Assembly (NCBI RefSeq): GCF_964188315.1
Contig: NC_135658.1
Span: forward strand, 42,718,001-42,782,000
Direction of reading: 5' to 3'
DNA: 64,000 bases
From: Podarcis muralis
Lineage: Eukaryota
Below are positions 63,218-64,000 of this stretch, in pieces. A model generated the notes under the pieces. That model was not told the DNA's origin and made no database searches. It saw nothing but the letters and a program-made list of their open reading frames with translations. How positions within the stretch are numbered: position 1 is the first letter of the stretch; the number at the start of each line of letters is the position of its first letter. Position numbers and translations under genes: made by a program.

Positions 63218-64000
63218 GGGTACTGGCTCGAGTGGCTCTGAAGAAGCCACAGAAATCCATATATATCTCAGATGTCTCAAAACAAAGTGCTAAACCAGTC
63301 ATTTTAATATTATTTCTTATCAGTGTTTTTGGCTAGAAAGGTGCTATCAACGCTAACTGCCTTGTCAGTCCTGTTTGTCCTACACATGGAGCTAGCTGTC
63401 CTACAGTGACCCATTTAACCAAAGAATCCCTCTTCCTTCACATACAAATGCCTCACATACAAACTCACTATATACAGCACTGACATCCAAGTGGGAAAGC
63501 CTTCGTAAAGCAACGAAGACAGACATAACAACTGCGATCACAATCTGTTTTTATGCTCCTCTTTTCTCCGGGGATGCGGGAAGCCTCTTTCTTCATTTGG
63601 TTATCATAAGATATTGATAAACTGTTAACTTGGGTATTTCTTTGTTCGGTGTTTGCTTTGGCCACAACAGTTTTGGTTCTTCCTTCCTTGTTGAGCCTTG
63701 AGCGCTAGTTATTTTCCTCACAAAAAGGGATACCCGCAATTAGTATTGTTAAATGAGATCCATTAATCCCCCTGTGAAAGAACAAAAGCTGCAGTGTTTG
63801 CCTGTGGAGATAAATGTGGTTTACTTATACTTGTATCCCCTGGTCCAGTTCAGACACTTAACGTTTTGTCCCTGCAATACATCCCAACCCATCATTGCAA
63901 AGAATTTATGACTCTTCAGATACAACAGTGCCTCCTAGGAGCAATTTATGTGGTTGTGTCATGCTGCTGTATTTTTAAAAAACTGGTTCTGAGGGACATG

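Overview
Vertebrate (squamate, most likely lacertid lizard, inferred from Sauria-type SINEs with (ACCTTT)n tails) genomic window carrying the divergently oriented connexin pair GJA5 (Cx40; minus strand, single coding exon 16680-17789) and GJA8 (Cx50; plus strand, true start 61952, stop 63217). The rest is intronic or intergenic and dense in transposons: a 5'-truncated, frameshifted L1 (6888-10048) nested in an LTR nested in a CR1, a solo LTR with a 5-bp TSD, four Sauria SINEs, other tRNA-derived SINEs, L2/CR1/L1 fragments, and Tc1/mariner and hAT MITEs. Highlights: (1) two identical Penelope-like fragments each encode a complete minimal type-I hammerhead ribozyme with palindromic helices suited to dimeric folding; (2) the LTR U3 region is an open frame encoding an acidic/Pro-rich peptide with an RRSARL motif (the HMGN nucleosome-binding core); (3) a candidate GJA5 promoter/exon 1 has two splice donors that would switch a uORF between non-overlapping and start-overlapping; (4) a candidate CTCF site with upstream motif lies between the two connexin genes. 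All calls are from reading the sequence; no searches or folding were run. No CRISPR, rRNA or genuine tRNA genes were seen.
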